From Candidatus Solincola quzhuomuensis (GTDB lineage Bacteria > Actinomycetota > Geothermincolia > Geothermincolales > RBG-13-55-18), in contig JACVJF010000002.1 of NCBI GenBank assembly GCA_015711855.1, forward strand, positions 508 to 64,507: a stretch of DNA of 64,000 bases, given 5' to 3'. The position numbers were made by a program, and so were the translations under genes. The notes under the pieces were generated by a model, which was not told the DNA's origin, did not search any database, and saw only the letters and a list, made by a program, of their open reading frames with translations. This document shows positions 1-9,710 of the stretch, one piece after another. Every line of letters begins with the position of its first letter. Positions within the stretch are counted from its first letter, which is position 1.

Positions 1-1093
1 TGTGCAGCTTGCGTCGGCGGCGGGAGGGAACGAAACGGGCGACGCGGTTTATTACGGAGGCCAGATGCATGACCTGCTCCTGATAGGCACGGGAATACCT
101 GCTAACTATTTCCAGGCACCGCTCCTCGTCCAGGCGGGGAGGAGGCTCGGTATCCCGCTCCCTCAGTTTGCCGACCGCTTCCCGCACCATATCCGGGGGA
201 TGGTCGTATTTGAACGAGGATTGCAGGGTGAAGGTATGCACGCTGGGATATTCCCTGGAAACCCTGTCCACGTTCTGGGGAGTCAGATTGCCGCGGAAGG
301 GAGCCGATCCGACCCCGATGATGGGAAGTATGGGTATCCCCAGCTCGAGGGACAGGTCGTGCAGGCGGACCAGGGCCAGTTTGTTGACCAGGACGGCGCT
401 CACCATCCCGTAGTTCATGGCTGGGTCGGAGCGGGCCAGAAAAACCCTCTGGTAGTCGACTTCCTTATCCCGCAGGTACTCGCGGACCATGGAGGCGGAG
501 TTCAGCATGTGATCCAGGTCCTCGAAGAGGGGGATGACGTTTATCCGTTCCGGTTTGAAATCCCCGATCCATTCGGCGATGGTGATGTCTCCCTCCTGGA
601 ACGGCAGGGATTGCTTCCCCACCACGAAATCGGAGTAATAACGGTAAATGCGGTCGATGCACCGGGTTGAGGCGGTCATGGGCAGGATGACCTCGAAGAT
701 GGGGGGAACCTCTCGGCCGTAAAAATGCATTGCCGCGTCGAAGGAGCGGGGGATGCTCTCCAAGGTCTCCAGGAGGATTTTGGCCTCCGCCTTCTCCACC
801 GTGGGATTAGGCACGCGGAGGGTTAGAAATACGTCCTGCCCTAGTACGTTGTGACGGAAGAAGTCCTCGTATTTGGAGAGAAGCTTCTTGACCACGAAGT
901 TGTCCACTTCCTTTCCCTCACAGTCCCACATCTGCTCGTCGCAACCCAGGTGGCTGAAGACGTAAAAGGCCTCCTGTATCTCGTCCTCTCCCCCGAGGAC
1001 GGCCTCCGAGGCGAAGAAGGGAGGATGCACGTTGTCCGGATGTTGGGTGCTCATGCACCTCGGTATTATGCGGGTCGCTTCTCCCATTTTCAT
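1..1093 (-). CDS. ppcA: Archaeal-type phosphoenolpyruvate carboxylase (PpcA family), truncated at the window edge. The start (ATG at 1093 or 1087) is in the window and the 3' end runs off position 1.
   Basis: Manual minus-strand translation gives MKMGEATRIIPRCMSTQHPDNVHPPFF at the N-terminus (the MSTQHPDN signature of archaeal-type PEPC), and later IDRIYRYYSDFVVGKQSLPFQEGDITIAEW and ERINVIPLFEDLDHML (a VIPLFE(D/T)xxDL PEPC motif). The frame is open to position 1. The + ORF 2..670 is antisense to it. Confidence 0.7.
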   Translation of the reverse strand, partial: MKMGEATRIIPRCMSTQHPDNVHPPFFASEAVLGGEDEIQEAFYVFSHLGCDEQMWDCEGKEVDNFVVKKLLSKYEDFFRHNVLGQDVFLTLRVPNPTVEKAEAKILLETLESIPRSFDAAMHFYGREVPPIFEVILPMTASTRCIDRIYRYYSDFVVGKQSLPFQEGDITIAEWIGDFKPERINVIPLFEDLDHMLNSASMVREYLRDKEVDYQRVFLARSDPAMNYGMVSAVLVNKLALVRLHDLSLELGIPILPIIGVGSAPFRGNLTPQNVDRVSREYPSVHTFTLQSSFKYDHPPDMVREAVGKLRERDTEPPPRLDEERCLEIVSRYSRAYQEQVMHLASVINRVARFVPSRRRRKLH

Positions 1094-1187
1094 TACCCCA
1101 AAGACCGCGGAAGGACGCCATGGAAACCGGATATGAATCCCGAGATATTGGGAGCTATTATGGCAGCAGAGCCGGGCGGAGTCAAGG

Positions 1188-2231
1188 TCACCGATAGGCA
1201 GCCAGGAGTATGGGATAGGGGTTAATGGCTGGCCCCCCTCCGGGATGGATCTCGAAGTGAAGGTGGGGGGAGCCACCCTTGGCGTTTCCGGTATCGCCAA
1301 CGTATCCGATTACCGTCCCGGCGGGAACGTGACCGGTGGCACCGAATCTCTGTAGATGCATGTAGTAGTAGACGTTCCCGTCGTCTCCCACCAGGCGTAC
1401 GTAGAGACCGGCGTTCTTACCCTCTCCCTGGTACACCGTGCCGGAAACGCAGGCTACGCAAGGGGTACCCATGGCGGCGAAGATGTCGTTCCCTTGGTGA
1501 AGATGACCCGTGCGGGGCGCGTGCCAGTCGTTGGAGAAGGTACACGGCCCCTGGACCGGGAAGACGAAGTTCCCGATGGGGGTTGATCGCGGGGTACCGT
1601 AATATCCCACCTGGGCCAGGAGCTCCAGTATCTCCTTGTTCAGCGTCTCCAGGTACTGCTGCTGCTGTTGAATGCTGGCCTCCATGGCCTGCCGCTTGGC
1701 GTTGACCGAGGCCAGGACCTGTCGCTGCTGGGCTTCCTTTTCCTCCAAGAGATGCTGTTTCTCGCTTATCTCCTCTCGCAGGCGCTTCATCTCCTGGAAG
1801 ATCATGAAATCACGGCGGCCGATAAAGGAGAAGTAATCATAGCGGGTGAGAAAGTCGTCCAGGCTGGTGGATTCCAGGAGGACTTCCATGGAATTTATAT
1901 CCCCGGAGATGTAGATGGAGCGGAGCCGTTGGTTGAGGATGGTCCGGGCACGCTTGTAATCGCGCTGTGCCTTTTCCAGTTCCTCACGGTTGCGTTCCAC
2001 CTCGGACCGGATGGCCTCGTAAGCATCCAGTGCGGCGTTGTATTCCTGAGCCAGGCGCTGCGACTCGGCTTTCATGGAATCTATCTGGCGTCTTACCCGC
2101 TCCGCCTCGGCCTGTTTTTCCTGAAGGGTGGTGGCCTGCACGGATACGGCGGACGTGCAGAAAAGGAAAACAAAAGCCGTGGCCGGAATAATGGTTTTCC
2201 ATATCTTGGGAGAAGAACCTCGTGCCATCAT
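1188..2231 (-). CDS. M23 (LytM) family peptidoglycan metalloendopeptidase with an N-terminal membrane anchor and a long coiled coil (EnvC-like).
   Basis: C-terminal HQGNDIFAAMGTPCVA...GDTGNAKGGSPHLHFEI carries the HxxxD and HxH M23 motifs. There is a coiled-coil region rich in E/K/Q and a signal/TM segment IIPATAFVFLFCTSAVSVQA. The likely start is MMARGSS (residue 36 of the track ORF 1188..2336), preceded by AAGG. Confidence 0.75.
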   Translation of the reverse strand: MMARGSSPKIWKTIIPATAFVFLFCTSAVSVQATTLQEKQAEAERVRRQIDSMKAESQRLAQEYNAALDAYEAIRSEVERNREELEKAQRDYKRARTILNQRLRSIYISGDINSMEVLLESTSLDDFLTRYDYFSFIGRRDFMIFQEMKRLREEISEKQHLLEEKEAQQRQVLASVNAKRQAMEASIQQQQQYLETLNKEILELLAQVGYYGTPRSTPIGNFVFPVQGPCTFSNDWHAPRTGHLHQGNDIFAAMGTPCVACVSGTVYQGEGKNAGLYVRLVGDDGNVYYYMHLQRFGATGHVPAGTVIGYVGDTGNAKGGSPHLHFEIHPGGGPAINPYPILLAAYR

Positions 2232-2508
2232 GCCCAACCTTCCTGGCCCCTCAAGCCTCTCGCCCGCTTGTCGTCCATCAAAGCTCGTGCTCCTCGGACC
2301 GGTCGCATCACGTAAATGATATACGATCATAATCATATATCAATGTCGATGGACCGTTTTTTCAGTGCTTGTTAAAATTTAACGTTAATGTTATTAAATC
2401 ATCATATTGTTGTTATTGTCAATGAATGTGTATATAGTGGTAGACCGAAAAGGGAGAAGGTGGAAGGCTCCTTGACGAGACTACGCGCATGGCCGTGCGG
2501 AAAATGCT

Positions 2509-2538
2509 GCGGGGAGCCGTTCCCCGCTCGTTGTTATG
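2509..2538 (+). terminator. GC hairpin (GCGGGGA-GCCGT-TCCCCGC) followed by a U-rich tail, in the 5' leader about 110 nt upstream of the ABC transporter start. Possible attenuator or leader terminator.
   Basis: A perfect 7-bp inverted repeat followed by TCGTTGTTAT is visible directly. The AT-rich divergent promoter region lies at 2337..2450. Confidence 0.3.
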
Positions 2539-2646
2539 AAAAGGTGCGGTCCGTTATCCTCGAAGCGTGCACGACCGGGAAAGGGCGTACCGCACCCGGC
2601 TGCAGGAGCGGACTACGTTTAAGGTCTTGGGAAAAAGCGGGGAGGC

Positions 2647-3579
2647 GTGTTGTCTTCTAAATCCAGCTTGATCTCCCTGCGAGGCTTAAGCAGGGATTTT
2701 GACGGCTTGCGGGCCCTCGGCGGCATCGACCTCGACGTCGACAGAGGAGAGACCTTCGGGCTCATCGGCCCCAACGGCGCCGGAAAAACCACCTTGATCC
2801 GCATCCTCACGGGCCTGATATCGCCTACGAAAGGGGAGATGCTGGTGGAAGGGAAGAAACTCGATCCCCGCCACCGGGCCTACCGCCGCCGCATAGGTCT
2901 CGTTCCCCAGGAGACCGCCCTTTACGGCCGCCTGACGGCGGGAGAGAACCTGGTACTTCTGGCCAGGCTCCACGGTCTGGACAGGGGAAAGGCGGCTTTT
3001 CGGGCAAAAGAGCTCCTGGCATGGGCCGGACTTGAAGAACACGCCGACCGGGAGGCGCGTTATCTCTCCCGGGGAATGCAGCAGAGGCTCAGTCTGGCCA
3101 TGGGCATGGTCCATGACCCGGAGATCGTCTTTCTGGACGAACCGACCTCGGGCCTCGACCCGGAGGCTCGGAGCCGAGTCTGGGATCTCGTGGAGAAGCT
3201 CTCCGGGGAAGGGAAGACGGTATTTTTGGCCACTCACAACCTGGAGGAGGCGGACCGGTTGTGCGACCGCCTGGCCATACTCTTCCGGGGAGAGATCCGG
3301 GAGCAGGGAACACCGGAGCAGATCAAGAACCTGCTGGGAAGGGACCGTTTGGAGCTCGGACTGGCGGAAGGGGCGCTGGGGGACCTTTCGGAAATCTGCG
3401 GCCGGTTGGGACTTTCCTGGAGGAAGGAAGGAAGGATCTTCGTGATCACCGGCCCCGACCTTCCCGGAAAGCTGCCTTCGCTGGTCTCCCGCCTGACCGG
3501 ATCGCTTTACCACCTCCATTACCGTGAAGTGACCCTGGAGGACGCCTTCCTCCGTTTCATGAAGGAGTTGGAAAATTGA
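2647..3579 (+). CDS. ABC transporter ATP-binding protein (ABC-2 exporter type).
   Basis: Walker A GPNGAGKTT, the ABC signature LSRGMQQRL and Walker B IVFLDEPTSGLD. Its stop overlaps the start of the downstream permease. Confidence 0.85.
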   Translation: MLSSKSSLISLRGLSRDFDGLRALGGIDLDVDRGETFGLIGPNGAGKTTLIRILTGLISPTKGEMLVEGKKLDPRHRAYRRRIGLVPQETALYGRLTAGENLVLLARLHGLDRGKAAFRAKELLAWAGLEEHADREARYLSRGMQQRLSLAMGMVHDPEIVFLDEPTSGLDPEARSRVWDLVEKLSGEGKTVFLATHNLEEADRLCDRLAILFRGEIREQGTPEQIKNLLGRDRLELGLAEGALGDLSEICGRLGLSWRKEGRIFVITGPDLPGKLPSLVSRLTGSLYHLHYREVTLEDAFLRFMKELEN

Positions 3580-5273
3580 GGGGCTGGAGAACGCTTCTCG
3601 CTAAAGACTGGAAGTTGATTCGTCGCAATCGCCTCCTTCTTTCGGTCCTGATAGTTTACCCGTTCCTCATCATGGGGGTGATAGGGGCCGCGTTTCAGGA
3701 GAGCGGGCGTCCGGTCCCTGTGGGTCTGGTCAACCTGGACGACCCGGGGAGGGAGGGTGTCTTGTGCGTCGTACTGGATTCTCCGGATGCGGGGAGAACG
3801 GAAGGAGAGGTGAGGCGCCGCGCTTATGGTTATGGGGAATGTACCTCCGAGGAGCAGGCCCTCGCCGATCTGGAGGCCGGCAAGTTTAACCTGGTAATTG
3901 CCCGGGAGGACGGAAGAGTTGGTGGCCGGCGACTTTACGGGGCGCTGATGGACTCCGAATCCCTGCAGAGCCTGGTCATGGAGCTGGAGGACTCCGCGAC
4001 CGAGGCGCGTTTCTACACCTCCTTCCGGGAGGCGGCGGATTCCTTGGCGGGAATGGAGGGCGGCGTGCTTTTGGCCCTTCCGCACCGCCTGCACCCCTCA
4101 CTTGGGGAGAGCCTGTGGGTGGGGGGAGAGAGCTACGATGCTCTGCGCCTGATACGGGAGTTCTCCGGTGACGTGGTGGACCTTGAGATATTTCCCGGGT
4201 TGGAGGAAGCCCGAGGAACGCTGAGGGAAGGGCGGGTGGACGCCGTGGTCGTCCTTCCCCCGGGCTTCGTGCACCGGCTGAAGACGCTGGAAAAGGTGGC
4301 CGAGGTGAACGTCATCTTAGACCAGTCCAACCTGGTGAAGGCCGAATTTGCCGAGACCGGTATACGCGGCTTTTTCTCCCGGGTAACGGAAGAGGTGGTG
4401 GAGGAAAAAATGCGCGCCGTGGTAGCCGGGCTGTACGTCCTGGTCAGCGGGGGCGATTTCTTCGGTACCCCCATAATCGGGCTGGAAAGGATTCGAGAGG
4501 ACCTCGCGGATCTGTACGTGGCCCTTTCGGATCGACCCGAACTGGGAATTAAGGTGCAGGAAGGTATCGATTTGGCGGACATGGTCATAGAGGATATCGA
4601 GAAGGCGGCGGATTACCTCCGCGGAACGGCTCTCCCGGTGGACCTGCGGATCTCCTCCGTGGCCGGAAGGCCGCTGGCGGCCAAGGACGCCGTGGTGCCC
4701 GCCCTCATCGTACTCTCCATGCTCTGGACGGGCGTGCTCTGCGGGGCCGTACTCATGGTCCTGGAGGAGGAGGAAGGAATGCGCGCACGTCTGCGGCTGA
4801 CCCCCGCGGGGCCCCTGGCCATGGTGACGGCGAAACTCATATTGGCGTCCGGCGTGGTGATATTGCAGTCCCTGGTGATGCTCCTTCTGGCCGTGGCCGT
4901 GTTCCGGACCTTCGCCTCCGGCCTCTGGATCTCCCTCTTGATTATCGCCGTTTCCTCCCTTTCCTTTATAGGTATCGGCCAGATGTTGGCGGCTTTTGCC
5001 CGGCAGGTGGCCGGCGCGGTCATCATGAGCGTTTTGGTCACCTTCCCCCTTATATTCCTCACGGGTGCGATCTTTCCCCTTACGCAGATGCCGGCCTTCA
5101 TGCGCGGGATTGCCCGCGCATCCCCCCCCACTTACGCCTTGGATGCCCTATCCGGGGTCATGCTCAGGGGAGAAGGTCTTGCGGGAGTGTTCTGGGAAAT
5201 TATGGTCCTTCTGGGTTTCGGCGCGACGTTGCTTTTCGCCGGGTCGCTTCTTTCCGGAAGGAAGTCTCAGTGA
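3576..5273 (+). CDS. ABC-2 family transporter permease with a large extracytoplasmic domain followed by a multi-TM C-terminal half.
   Basis: An N-terminal TM helix LLLSVLIVYPFLIMGVIGAAF, a soluble domain about 330 aa long, then six hydrophobic segments at the C-terminus. Translationally coupled to the ATPase (4-nt overlap). Confidence 0.7.
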   Translation: MRGWRTLLAKDWKLIRRNRLLLSVLIVYPFLIMGVIGAAFQESGRPVPVGLVNLDDPGREGVLCVVLDSPDAGRTEGEVRRRAYGYGECTSEEQALADLEAGKFNLVIAREDGRVGGRRLYGALMDSESLQSLVMELEDSATEARFYTSFREAADSLAGMEGGVLLALPHRLHPSLGESLWVGGESYDALRLIREFSGDVVDLEIFPGLEEARGTLREGRVDAVVVLPPGFVHRLKTLEKVAEVNVILDQSNLVKAEFAETGIRGFFSRVTEEVVEEKMRAVVAGLYVLVSGGDFFGTPIIGLERIREDLADLYVALSDRPELGIKVQEGIDLADMVIEDIEKAADYLRGTALPVDLRISSVAGRPLAAKDAVVPALIVLSMLWTGVLCGAVLMVLEEEEGMRARLRLTPAGPLAMVTAKLILASGVVILQSLVMLLLAVAVFRTFASGLWISLLIIAVSSLSFIGIGQMLAAFARQVAGAVIMSVLVTFPLIFLTGAIFPLTQMPAFMRGIARASPPTYALDALSGVMLRGEGLAGVFWEIMVLLGFGATLLFAGSLLSGRKSQ

Positions 5274-5490
5274 GGGAGGTCTTGCCGAAGCCGGCCTCTC
5301 CTCCCAAACCGGGACGGATCGTTCCCGCCCTGTCCGGGACTTCGGCAGGACCGCGACGAGGGAGACCCACGGTGCCGGAATCGTTCCGGGGGACACCGGA
5401 GGCTGGACAAGAGGGGGAAGACGTAGAAAGCGTGTTCCGGAGGCAGGAAACCTTCTGGTAAAATGACCCTGAGTTCGGCGCCGGAGAAAG

Positions 5491-6801
5491 GTGGGAGTGG
5501 ATATGGATTATTTCAACCCGGTTGAGGTTTTGGAGAGGGAGAGGCTGGAGGCTCTGCAGTTGCAGAGGTTGCGGGACACGGTGGACCGCCTTTATCAAAA
5601 GGTGCCCTTTTACAGGAAAAAGCTGGAAGAAGTCGGCTTTCGGCCGGGGGATATAAAGAGCCTGGAGGACCTGAAGAAGCTCCCCTTCACCACCAAGGAC
5701 GACCTCCGGGACAACTATCCCTTTGGGCTTTTCGCCGTGCCCATGAGGGATATAGTAAGGTTGCACGCCTCATCCGGAACGACCGGGAAACCCACCGTGG
5801 TGGGGTACACGGCCAACGACATCAAGGTCTGGGCCGATTTAGTGGCTCGAACCATAGTTGCCGCGGGGGGCACACAGGACGATATAGTCCACGTGGCCTA
5901 CGGCTACGGTCTGTTCACCGGCGGCTTGGGCCTGCATTACGGAGCGGAGATGCTGGGGGCCACCGCCCTTCCCATGTCCGGAGGGAACACCAAGCGACAG
6001 ATCCGCCTTATGGTGGATTTTGGAAGCACGATCCTCTGTTGCACTCCATCCTATGCTTTGAACATCGCCGAGGTCATGCGGGAGATGGGGGTGACCAGGG
6101 ACCAGATAAAGCTCAAGGCGGGAATCCTGGGAGCGGAACCGTGGACGGACGAGATGCGCCTTCAGATAGAGGAAGAATTGGGAATATCCGCCCATGACAT
6201 CTACGGTCTCTCCGAGGTGGTGGGTCCCGGAGTCTCCATAGAATGCGTGGAGAAGAGAGGGTTGCACGTCTTTGAGGACTGCTTCATCCCGGAGATAATC
6301 GACCCGGATACCGGGGAGACCCTTCCTCCGGGACAGAGGGGAGAGCTGGTGTTCACCAACATCAACAAGGAGGGACTGGCCCTGTTGCGCTACCGCACAA
6401 GGGACATATCGGCCCTGGATGTTTCCCCTTGCCCTTGCGGGAGGACCCACGTGCGCATGATGAGGGTAACCGGTCGCACGGACGACATGCTCATCATCCG
6501 GGGAGTCAACGTGTTCCCCTCCCAGGTGGAGGCGGTGCTCATGCAGATACCCGGCGTTAGCCCCCACTACCAGCTGGTTGTGGACCGGGTGGAGAACCTC
6601 GACGTTTTGGAGGTACAGGTGGAGGTCTCGCCCCAGGTTTTCTCGGACGAGATAAAGAAGCTGGAGGAGTTGGAGAGGAAGATCCAGGACGAAGTCCAGA
6701 GCTATCTGGGGGTGAGCGTCAAGGTGAGGCTCATGGAGCCCCGTTCCATACAGCGCAGCGAGGGCAAGGCCGTAAGGGTTATCGACAGAAGGAAGTTGTA
6801 G
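5491..6801 (+). CDS. paaK: Phenylacetate--CoA ligase family adenylate-forming enzyme (PaaK / coenzyme F390 synthetase-like).
   Basis: N-terminal [39 protein letters not shown] (AMP-binding P-loop) and [10 protein letters not shown] are typical of PaaK-like ligases. Length 436 aa. Confidence 0.75.
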   Translation: MGVDMDYFNPVEVLERERLEALQLQRLRDTVDRLYQKVPFYRKKLEEVGFRPGDIKSLEDLKKLPFTTKDDLRDNYPFGLFAVPMRDIVRLHASSGTTGKPTVVGYTANDIKVWADLVARTIVAAGGTQDDIVHVAYGYGLFTGGLGLHYGAEMLGATALPMSGGNTKRQIRLMVDFGSTILCCTPSYALNIAEVMREMGVTRDQIKLKAGILGAEPWTDEMRLQIEEELGISAHDIYGLSEVVGPGVSIECVEKRGLHVFEDCFIPEIIDPDTGETLPPGQRGELVFTNINKEGLALLRYRTRDISALDVSPCPCGRTHVRMMRVTGRTDDMLIIRGVNVFPSQVEAVLMQIPGVSPHYQLVVDRVENLDVLEVQVEVSPQVFSDEIKKLEELERKIQDEVQSYLGVSVKVRLMEPRSIQRSEGKAVRVIDRRKL

Positions 6802-6812
6802 GAGGTCGTGGG

Positions 6813-7244
6813 GTGAGAGTAAGACAGGTTTCCGTTTTCCTGGAGAACAAGTCGGGAAGGCTTTACGAGGTCTGCAAGTGCCTGGCGGAGGCCGATGTGA
6901 ACATACGGGCACTGGCTATCGCCGAGACCGCCGATTACGGAGTCCTGAGGCTGATCGTCAACGATCCCGACCTCGCCGTAAAGACGATGACCGAGAACGA
7001 GTTCACGGTAAGCGAGACGGAGGTCATCGCCGTGGAGGTTCCCGACCGACCGGGAGGGCTGGCCGGTGTCCTGGCGCCTCTCTACGAGGCCAACGTCAAC
7101 ATCGAGTACCTGTACTGTTTCGTGGAGAAGAGCGGGGAAAGCGCCATAGTGGTCTTCAGGGTGGAACAGATCGACCGGGCCATACAAGCCCTGCAATCAA
7201 GCGGATTCACCGTTATGCGCGAGGAAGACGTGTACCGCATCTGA
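6813..7244 (+). CDS. Tandem ACT domain protein (amino-acid-binding regulatory protein commonly paired with PaaK-like ligases).
   Basis: Two repeats of the ACT-like pattern: VSVFLENKSGRLYEVCKCLAEADVNIRALAI, and VIAVEVPDRPGGLAGVLAPLYEANVNIEYL. Confidence 0.65.
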   Translation: MRVRQVSVFLENKSGRLYEVCKCLAEADVNIRALAIAETADYGVLRLIVNDPDLAVKTMTENEFTVSETEVIAVEVPDRPGGLAGVLAPLYEANVNIEYLYCFVEKSGESAIVVFRVEQIDRAIQALQSSGFTVMREEDVYRI

Positions 7245-7267
7245 GCACGGCGAGGAGGGAACGACAA

Positions 7268-7687
7268 TTGCCCGTACACACCTCGAGCATCGAGTTCTCC
7301 ACCCCCGGCAATTCCGAGATATTGGACATAACCCGTGACGTCCAGCAGAAGCTGTCGGAAACCCGTCTCCGGGAGGGCCTGGTGACGGTATTCGTCCCGG
7401 GGTCCACCGGGGGAGTGATTACCTTGGAGTACGAACCGGGACTGGTTCGGGACCTGAAAGAGGCCTTCGAGAGGATCGCACCCCAGGGCCGTCCCTATCA
7501 CCACGATCGAACCTGGAACGACGGCAACGGCCACAGTCACGTTAGGGCATCCCTGGTGGGACCGTCGCTCAGCGTCCCTTTCCGCGACGGGCGTCTGATC
7601 CTGGGAACATGGCAGCAGATCGCCTTCGTGGACTTCGATTCCCGCCCCCGCCGCAGGGTCCTTATAATCCAGGTCATGGGGGAATGA
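7268..7687 (+). CDS. yjbQ: YjbQ/UPF0047 family protein (secondary thiamine-phosphate synthase-like).
   Basis: The C-terminal 139 codons of track ORF 6878..7687 read ITLEYEPGLVRDLKEAFERIAP...HHDRTWNDGNGHSHVRASLVGPSLSVP, characteristic of the YjbQ family. A TTG start lies at 7268, just after the ACT gene stop. Confidence 0.6.
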   Translation: MPVHTSSIEFSTPGNSEILDITRDVQQKLSETRLREGLVTVFVPGSTGGVITLEYEPGLVRDLKEAFERIAPQGRPYHHDRTWNDGNGHSHVRASLVGPSLSVPFRDGRLILGTWQQIAFVDFDSRPRRRVLIIQVMGE

Positions 7688-7730
7688 CGAGCTGATCCTG
7701 GCAAGCGCAGCTGGCAGGAAAGACGGTCGC

Positions 7731-8231
7731 ATGGCCTTAAGGAAGGGTATATGGGGAAAGTTGCCCGTCACGGCACGGGTTCTCCTGTATTATCTGCTTA
7801 TCTTCCCCGTCTACCGATTTTTGGTCCACGGCTATCTGGATTCGAATCTGGAAAAGCAGTTGATGGGGGCGAAAGATACCCTTCTGGTGACCACCGCCTT
7901 GCTGGCTTACCTGGTTATGTGCCTCCTGGCGCCCTATTTCTGGGCTCGCGCCAGCCAGCATCGCTCTTTGTCCCGCGGCCTGGAGTCCTTCATGCTATAT
8001 TGCTGTGTATTCCTGGTTTTAGGAGAATTGCTCTCTTTTTGGGGCGAAATCGGCTGGTCGGCTTGGTACGGTATTGCCCTGGGGAGTGGAGCCGGGGAGA
8101 GGACGGTCTCCGTCCTGGCTCTTTTCCTGCTGTTTATGGTGGCGTCCCGCCTGGGAGGTCGAAGTTCCTCGCGCCGGATGAAAAGGACAGGAAGGAAGGC
8201 GACGAGGAGGAAGGGCCGATCGCCGATATGA
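7731..8231 (+). CDS. Hypothetical multi-pass membrane protein.
   Basis: 3-4 predicted TM helices (LLYYLLIFPVYRFLV, TLLVTTALLAYLVMCLLAPYFWA, FMLYCCVFLVLGELLSFWG, VSVLALFLLFMVASRLGG). The alternative overlapping frame 7751..8335 has no such features. Confidence 0.4.
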   Translation: MALRKGIWGKLPVTARVLLYYLLIFPVYRFLVHGYLDSNLEKQLMGAKDTLLVTTALLAYLVMCLLAPYFWARASQHRSLSRGLESFMLYCCVFLVLGELLSFWGEIGWSAWYGIALGSGAGERTVSVLALFLLFMVASRLGGRSSSRRMKRTGRKATRRKGRSPI

Positions 8232-8261
8232 AAAGGTTCTCGTCGCCGTCTTCCTCTCCGG

Positions 8262-9710
8262 TCAGCGGCGAAAGGCGCGGGGTCGGTTGCGCGTCAGACC
8301 TCCGTGGTCGGCGGCTTCCACCAGGGAGCGGGTGAAGTCCAGGGCCAGCCGCAGACTCCGGGGATCCAGGCTCATGTGATCGTCCTTTTTCTTCTCCCGG
8401 TGACGGGATGTATGACCCCTTTCAACTCCGCATATGGTGATGGCCCGGTATCCTCTGGAAAGGAGCTGGAAAGCCTCCCCGAGGGATTTCCGGTTTTTCG
8501 TCAGGCCGGCGCTGTAATGGGCGTGAGAATCGATTATATGCCTGGCCAGCCTTTCCAGGCGTCTATTGACCCGGAAACCGATAAGGCGCCCCTCGCGGCG
8601 GGTGCAGGTCGGAAATCCCCTTCCCACGCCCTGAAGGACGAGGAAATAGGCGTCGCGGAGGTCTTTCCGATGATGGCGCACGAGATTCCGCACCCCTCTT
8701 CCGTTGATCTCCGAGGCGCCGGTGAAAGCTAACCATAACTCAGCACGCTGGGGTTGGCGGCGGGAAAAGTGGTTCGCCAACTCCAGGAGAAGGGCCACGC
8801 CGGAGGCGTTGAAATTCCCCCCGGGGGAGGCTTTTTCGGAAAGGGCTCTTTTGACCTGGACCACAAGGGAGGCGAATACGGGTATACACGCAAAAAGACC
8901 GAGCTTCCACAGGAAGTCGAGTTTCTGAGCATCCATGCTCAGGAGAAAACCACCGTAAGCCAGCGTGAAGACCGTGAACACGGTCGCCTGACAGAGGAAG
9001 TCGAGCAGGGAAAAGCCGCGAGACAACCCGGTCGCCTCGGGGCGGTCGTGCGAGCCGGCTCGATGGCTGTCCAGGTGGGCGACGAGCACCAACTTCAGTT
9101 CGGGTTCCTTGACCGGCCTTATCCTGGCCACGACGTTCTCCGACTGCGGGTGGGCGGACAGCCAGGCGAACGGGCTGCGTCCGTAGTTCTCCAACATGAG
9201 GGAGAAGAACCCCACCAGAACCAAGGCATAGGAGAGGTGGCGGTGCAGGGTGAAAAGTGCCGCTCCGGCCAGCAGGACAAAGTGCGCAATGGCCTTGCTT
9301 CCGGCGGTGGTGGAAGGGACCCGGAAACGCTGGTTCACCACGTCCAGGCCGAGCTTCCGCAATTCCCGCTCCACGAAACGAGCGGCCTTTCTCTCCCCGC
9401 TGCTCCCCGCAGGGCGCGGGCCTATGTCCCGGGCTAGGTGGAGAGCGGGCCAGGCGATGCTCCTGTCTCGACGGCCGTGATTTGCATCACCGTGCGCGGT
9501 TATGGTGTGCCGAATGATGGTCTCGCTGTCGTCCACCTCATTGACCCTCGTCCACGGGCCGAATTGCGCCGGAGCCCCCGCCCCCGGCGCTCCGGAAGAC
9601 GGGCTGTATGAATCATACAACATTTCCACGACGCCGGGCCTTCCACCTTTACCGGGAGCATGACTCCCTGATTTGCCGGGAGCCCTTCGGTTGGAGTGAG
9701 GGCTGCACAA
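8262..9710 (-). CDS. M28 family metallopeptidase (aminopeptidase-like) with inserted transmembrane segments.
   Basis: LVLVAHLDSHRAGSHDRPEATG and FTGASEINGRGVRNLV resemble M28 zinc-ligand regions. There are several hydrophobic helices. The true start may be the internal MLYDSY (9623). Confidence 0.55.
   Translation of the reverse strand: MCSPHSNRRAPGKSGSHAPGKGGRPGVVEMLYDSYSPSSGAPGAGAPAQFGPWTRVNEVDDSETIIRHTITAHGDANHGRRDRSIAWPALHLARDIGPRPAGSSGERKAARFVERELRKLGLDVVNQRFRVPSTTAGSKAIAHFVLLAGAALFTLHRHLSYALVLVGFFSLMLENYGRSPFAWLSAHPQSENVVARIRPVKEPELKLVLVAHLDSHRAGSHDRPEATGLSRGFSLLDFLCQATVFTVFTLAYGGFLLSMDAQKLDFLWKLGLFACIPVFASLVVQVKRALSEKASPGGNFNASGVALLLELANHFSRRQPQRAELWLAFTGASEINGRGVRNLVRHHRKDLRDAYFLVLQGVGRGFPTCTRREGRLIGFRVNRRLERLARHIIDSHAHYSAGLTKNRKSLGEAFQLLSRGYRAITICGVERGHTSRHREKKKDDHMSLDPRSLRLALDFTRSLVEAADHGGLTRNRPRAFRR

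Noticed and set aside
2-670. 222-aa + strand ORF at the window start (and 851..1225 + in the same frame).
   Set aside because: Manual translation shows the minus strand encodes archaeal-type PEPC with strong family motifs. The + ORFs are antisense reading frames kept open by high GC and have no motifs.
5839-6912. 357-aa minus ORF antisense to paaK; similarly 2686..3519(-), 3519..4094(-), 17307..18110(-), 40115..40852(-), 59358..60275(-), 59522..60364(-).
   Set aside because: All lie opposite genes with clear family signatures and are Pro/Arg/Gly-rich, which is typical of GC-driven open frames rather than genes.
6878-7267. N-terminal 130 codons of track ORF 6878..7687.
   Set aside because: This part overlaps the ACT-domain gene in another frame and is Arg/Gly-rich. 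Only the distal part (from TTG 7268) matches YjbQ, so the gene was trimmed.
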